Origin: Propionibacteriaceae bacterium
Lineage (GTDB): Bacteria > Actinomycetota > Actinomycetes > Propionibacteriales > Propionibacteriaceae
Direction of reading: 5' to 3'
Length of the DNA: 64,000 nt
Assembly: GCA_027492545.1 (NCBI GenBank)
Contig: JAPUEL010000042.1
Location: 88,286-152,285, forward strand
In this document: positions 61,864-64,000 of the stretch, piece by piece
Layout of the letters: the number at the start of each line of letters is the position of its first letter
Position numbering within the stretch: the first letter of the stretch is position 1
Notes under the pieces: model-generated
Seen by the model: only the letters and a program-made list of their open reading frames with translations
Databases searched by the model: none
Told to the model about the DNA's origin: nothing
Made by a program: the position numbers and the translations under genes

Positions 61864-63005
61864 TGCTCGATCTTGAGGCACTCACCGGGCGCTACCGCGC
61901 GCTGACCGGCTCGGATCCGGAGGGGCTGTGGTTCGCGCCCGGCCGGGTCAACCTGATCGGTGAGCACACCGACTACAACGACGGCTTCGTGCTGCCGTTC
62001 GCGCTGGAGCGCAAGGCGGTCATCGCCGCAGGCCGGCGCGACGACGATCGTCTGCACATGGTCTCGCTGGAGCTCGACGACGAGGTCAGCGTCGCGCTGG
62101 CCGATCTGGCGCCCGGCGCGGAGGGCTGGTCGGCCTACCTCGCCGGGGTTGCGTGGGCGATCCGCCAGGCCGGGCATCAGGTCGGGGGCGCCACGCTGGT
62201 GATGACCTCCGACGTGCCGCTCGGGGCCGGGTTGTCCAGCTCCGCGGCCATCGAGTGCGCCACGGTCGCCGCCCTGGCGGACCTGTACGGGCTGGACATC
62301 CCCAAGATGGACCGGGCCAAGCTCGCCCGCGTCGCGGAGAACCAGTACGTCGGCGCGCCCACCGGTCTGCTGGACCAGGCCGCCAGCACGCTGTGCGAGG
62401 AGGACTCAGGCCTGTTCCTGGACTGCCGCACGCTGGAGACGCAGCAGGTTCCGCTCCCCATGGCCGAGCAGGGCTTCGAGATGCTGGTCCTGGACACGAA
62501 GACCCCCCACAGCCACGTCGACGGCGAGTACGGCGCTCGCCGAGCCTCCTGTGAGGAGGCCAGCCGGATCCTCGGGGTGGCCGCGCTGCGTGACGTGACG
62601 GATCTCGTCGATGCCCTGGACCGGCTGGACGACGAGACGCTGCGTCGCCGGGTCCGCCACGTCGTCACTGAGAACGAGCGTGTACTGCGGGCCTTCGAGC
62701 TGGCCAAGGCCGGAGACCTGGCCGCCCTGGCGCCGCTGCTCGACGCCTCTCACGCCTCCATGCGGGACGACTACGAGATCACGGCCCCCACCGTGGACCT
62801 CGCCGTCGAGGCGGCCCGCGAGGCGGGTGCGCTGGGTGCCCGGATGACGGGCGGCGGATTCGGTGGCTGCATCATCGCGCTCACCCAGGCCGGGGAGGCG
62901 GACCGCATCGGACGGGCCGTGGCCCGGGCCTTCGCCGACGCTGGATACGGGGCGCCCGAGTGGTTCTCGGTGACCCCGGCCCCGGGCGCCGGCCGGCTCG
63001 CCTGA
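61863..63005 (+). CDS. galK: Galactokinase
   Basis: PGRVNLIGEHTDYN, PLGAGLSSSAA, GARMTGGGFGG. Confidence 0.95.
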   Translation: MLDLEALTGRYRALTGSDPEGLWFAPGRVNLIGEHTDYNDGFVLPFALERKAVIAAGRRDDDRLHMVSLELDDEVSVALADLAPGAEGWSAYLAGVAWAIRQAGHQVGGATLVMTSDVPLGAGLSSSAAIECATVAALADLYGLDIPKMDRAKLARVAENQYVGAPTGLLDQAASTLCEEDSGLFLDCRTLETQQVPLPMAEQGFEMLVLDTKTPHSHVDGEYGARRASCEEASRILGVAALRDVTDLVDALDRLDDETLRRRVRHVVTENERVLRAFELAKAGDLAALAPLLDASHASMRDDYEITAPTVDLAVEAAREAGALGARMTGGGFGGCIIALTQAGEADRIGRAVARAFADAGYGAPEWFSVTPAPGAGRLA

Positions 63006-63012
63006 CGGGGGT

Positions 63013-63390
63013 TCACTCGAGACGTTCGAGCTCCCGGCGGCCGACGGCCAACACGGAGGCGATCACCGTCGCGAGCACGAACGGCGCCACGATGAGGCTG
63101 CCGACGAACTGCGCGCGGTCCGCCGTGGTCAGGAAGCTGCCCACCACCATCAGGTGCAGCAACGACGCCGCGACCACGAGCCCGAGCGCCCACGAGTGGC
63201 GCTTCAGCACCAGCCAGGCGATCAGCACCAGGGACACGCCGTAGGCGATGAGGACGGCCGCGATCCCCACCGCGAACAGCCTCGAGTTGACCACCAGGGC
63301 CCCGACGCCGATCCCGACGGCGGCGAGGCCGGTGGCGGCGGTGAGGATGACGCTGATGGCGAGCAGGGGGCGGCGCAGGACGGCATTCAC
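63013..63390 (-). CDS. Four-TM membrane protein of unknown function
   Basis: Hydrophobic; CACGCT-N7-GTG; divergent from whiB1. Confidence 0.7.
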   Translation of the reverse strand: MNAVLRRPLLAISVILTAATGLAAVGIGVGALVVNSRLFAVGIAAVLIAYGVSLVLIAWLVLKRHSWALGLVVAASLLHLMVVGSFLTTADRAQFVGSLIVAPFVLATVIASVLAVGRRELERLE

Positions 63391-63470
63391 GCACCTGAGC
63401 GTGCCGCACCCCTGCCCCATCGAACAAGTTGGGGCAGTTTGGGTGTGGTTCCACGTAGAGCCCGCCGCTA

Positions 63471-63499
63471 TTGCCTATCGTGGACCGCAGGGGTAACCT
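63471..63499 (+). promoter_or_regulatory. Housekeeping-sigma promoter of whiB1 (TTGCCT-N17-TAACCT)
   Basis: Near-consensus hexamers with 17-nt spacing, about 60 nt upstream of the ATG. Confidence 0.65.
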
Positions 63500-63558
63500 G
63501 CTTGAGCTTGGCGGCTGCCTTTGCCGCGAACATTTGCCGATACGAAGGAGCTCCAACT

Positions 63559-63810
63559 ATGGATTGGCGCCACAAGGCCGCCTGCCTCACCGAGGATCCG
63601 GAGTTGTTCTTTCCTGTCGGAAACACCGGGCCTGCGCTGCAACAGATCGAGGAAGCCAAGAAGATCTGCATGCGATGCGTCGTCCGTGAGCAGTGCCTGT
63701 CCTGGGCCCTTGAGGCCGGCCAGGACCACGGCGTCTGGGGTGGGTTGAGCGAGGACGAGCGCCGGGCGATCAAGCGCCGCGCCGCCCGCTCACGGTTGCG
63801 CACCTCCTGA
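63559..63810 (+). CDS. whiB1: WhiB1/WblE-type Fe-S transcription regulator
   Basis: MDWRHKAACLTEDPELFFPVG, four Cys, GVWGGLSEDERR; SD AAGGAG. Confidence 0.95.
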   Translation: MDWRHKAACLTEDPELFFPVGNTGPALQQIEEAKKICMRCVVREQCLSWALEAGQDHGVWGGLSEDERRAIKRRAARSRLRTS

Positions 63811-63837
63811 TCCCGAGTTGAGGCGCACACTGGTGTC

Positions 63838-64000
63838 ATGACCAGCGGCCTCGGGGCCGCGTTCGCCTCGGCCCCCCGTTCTGAGTTTCTCCCGCCGGAT
63901 CAGCGCCTCCACGCGGCCCGGGACGCACCCTTGGCCATCGGCCACGGCTCGACGAACTCCCAGCCCTCGACGGTGCGCTACATGCTCGAGCTCCTCGACG
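63838..64000 (+). CDS. Protein-L-isoaspartate O-methyltransferase-like, partial (runs off the window end)
   Basis: Manual translation ...DAPLAIGHGSTNSQPSTVRYMLELLD; CACACT-N6-ATG. Confidence 0.75.
   Translation, partial: MTSGLGAAFASAPRSEFLPPDQRLHAARDAPLAIGHGSTNSQPSTVRYMLELLD

Noticed and set aside
63443-63454. GTGG-TT-CCAC palindrome upstream of whiB1 as a CRP site
   Set aside because: Spacing does not match TGTGA-N6-TCACA.

Overview
High-GC actinobacterial chromosome; protein content and gene order suggest Propionibacteriaceae (inference). The window is mostly core genome. It carries gatCA, a MetE-like gene, mnmA and iscS; an alpha-glucan cluster (glgX-glgE-mak-glgB, a Nudix fusion, a Ca-type P-ATPase, treY-treZ); ybbN; a ROK-controlled GH20 plus DasABC-like amino-sugar uptake unit; pgm; mce, a FilP/Scy-like gene, an AI-2E gene and nucS; the F1Fo atp operon; wecA, sua5, prmC, prfA, rpmE and rho; thrB-hom-lysA; tRNA-Arg(CCG); a GT87-like gene; kgd; galK; whiB1; and a partial pcm. 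I saw no CRISPR array, prophage, integrase or classical IS. The most unusual segment is a 2.6 kb insert (3785-6401) separating iscS from mnmA. It holds a DUF222/13E12-type HNH gene with a degenerate zinc finger, led by an exact RecA-NDp (PafBC-type) DNA-damage promoter and a perfect DnaA box, plus a Nudix gene and a 33-bp-stem inverted-repeat element. Other notable points: TreZ has Pro in place of the conserved GH13 Arg; the GlgE cluster has no treS; two small proteins (51 and 59 aa) fall below the ORF-track cutoff; and about 20 genes look leaderless. All family calls come from motif recognition, not database searches.
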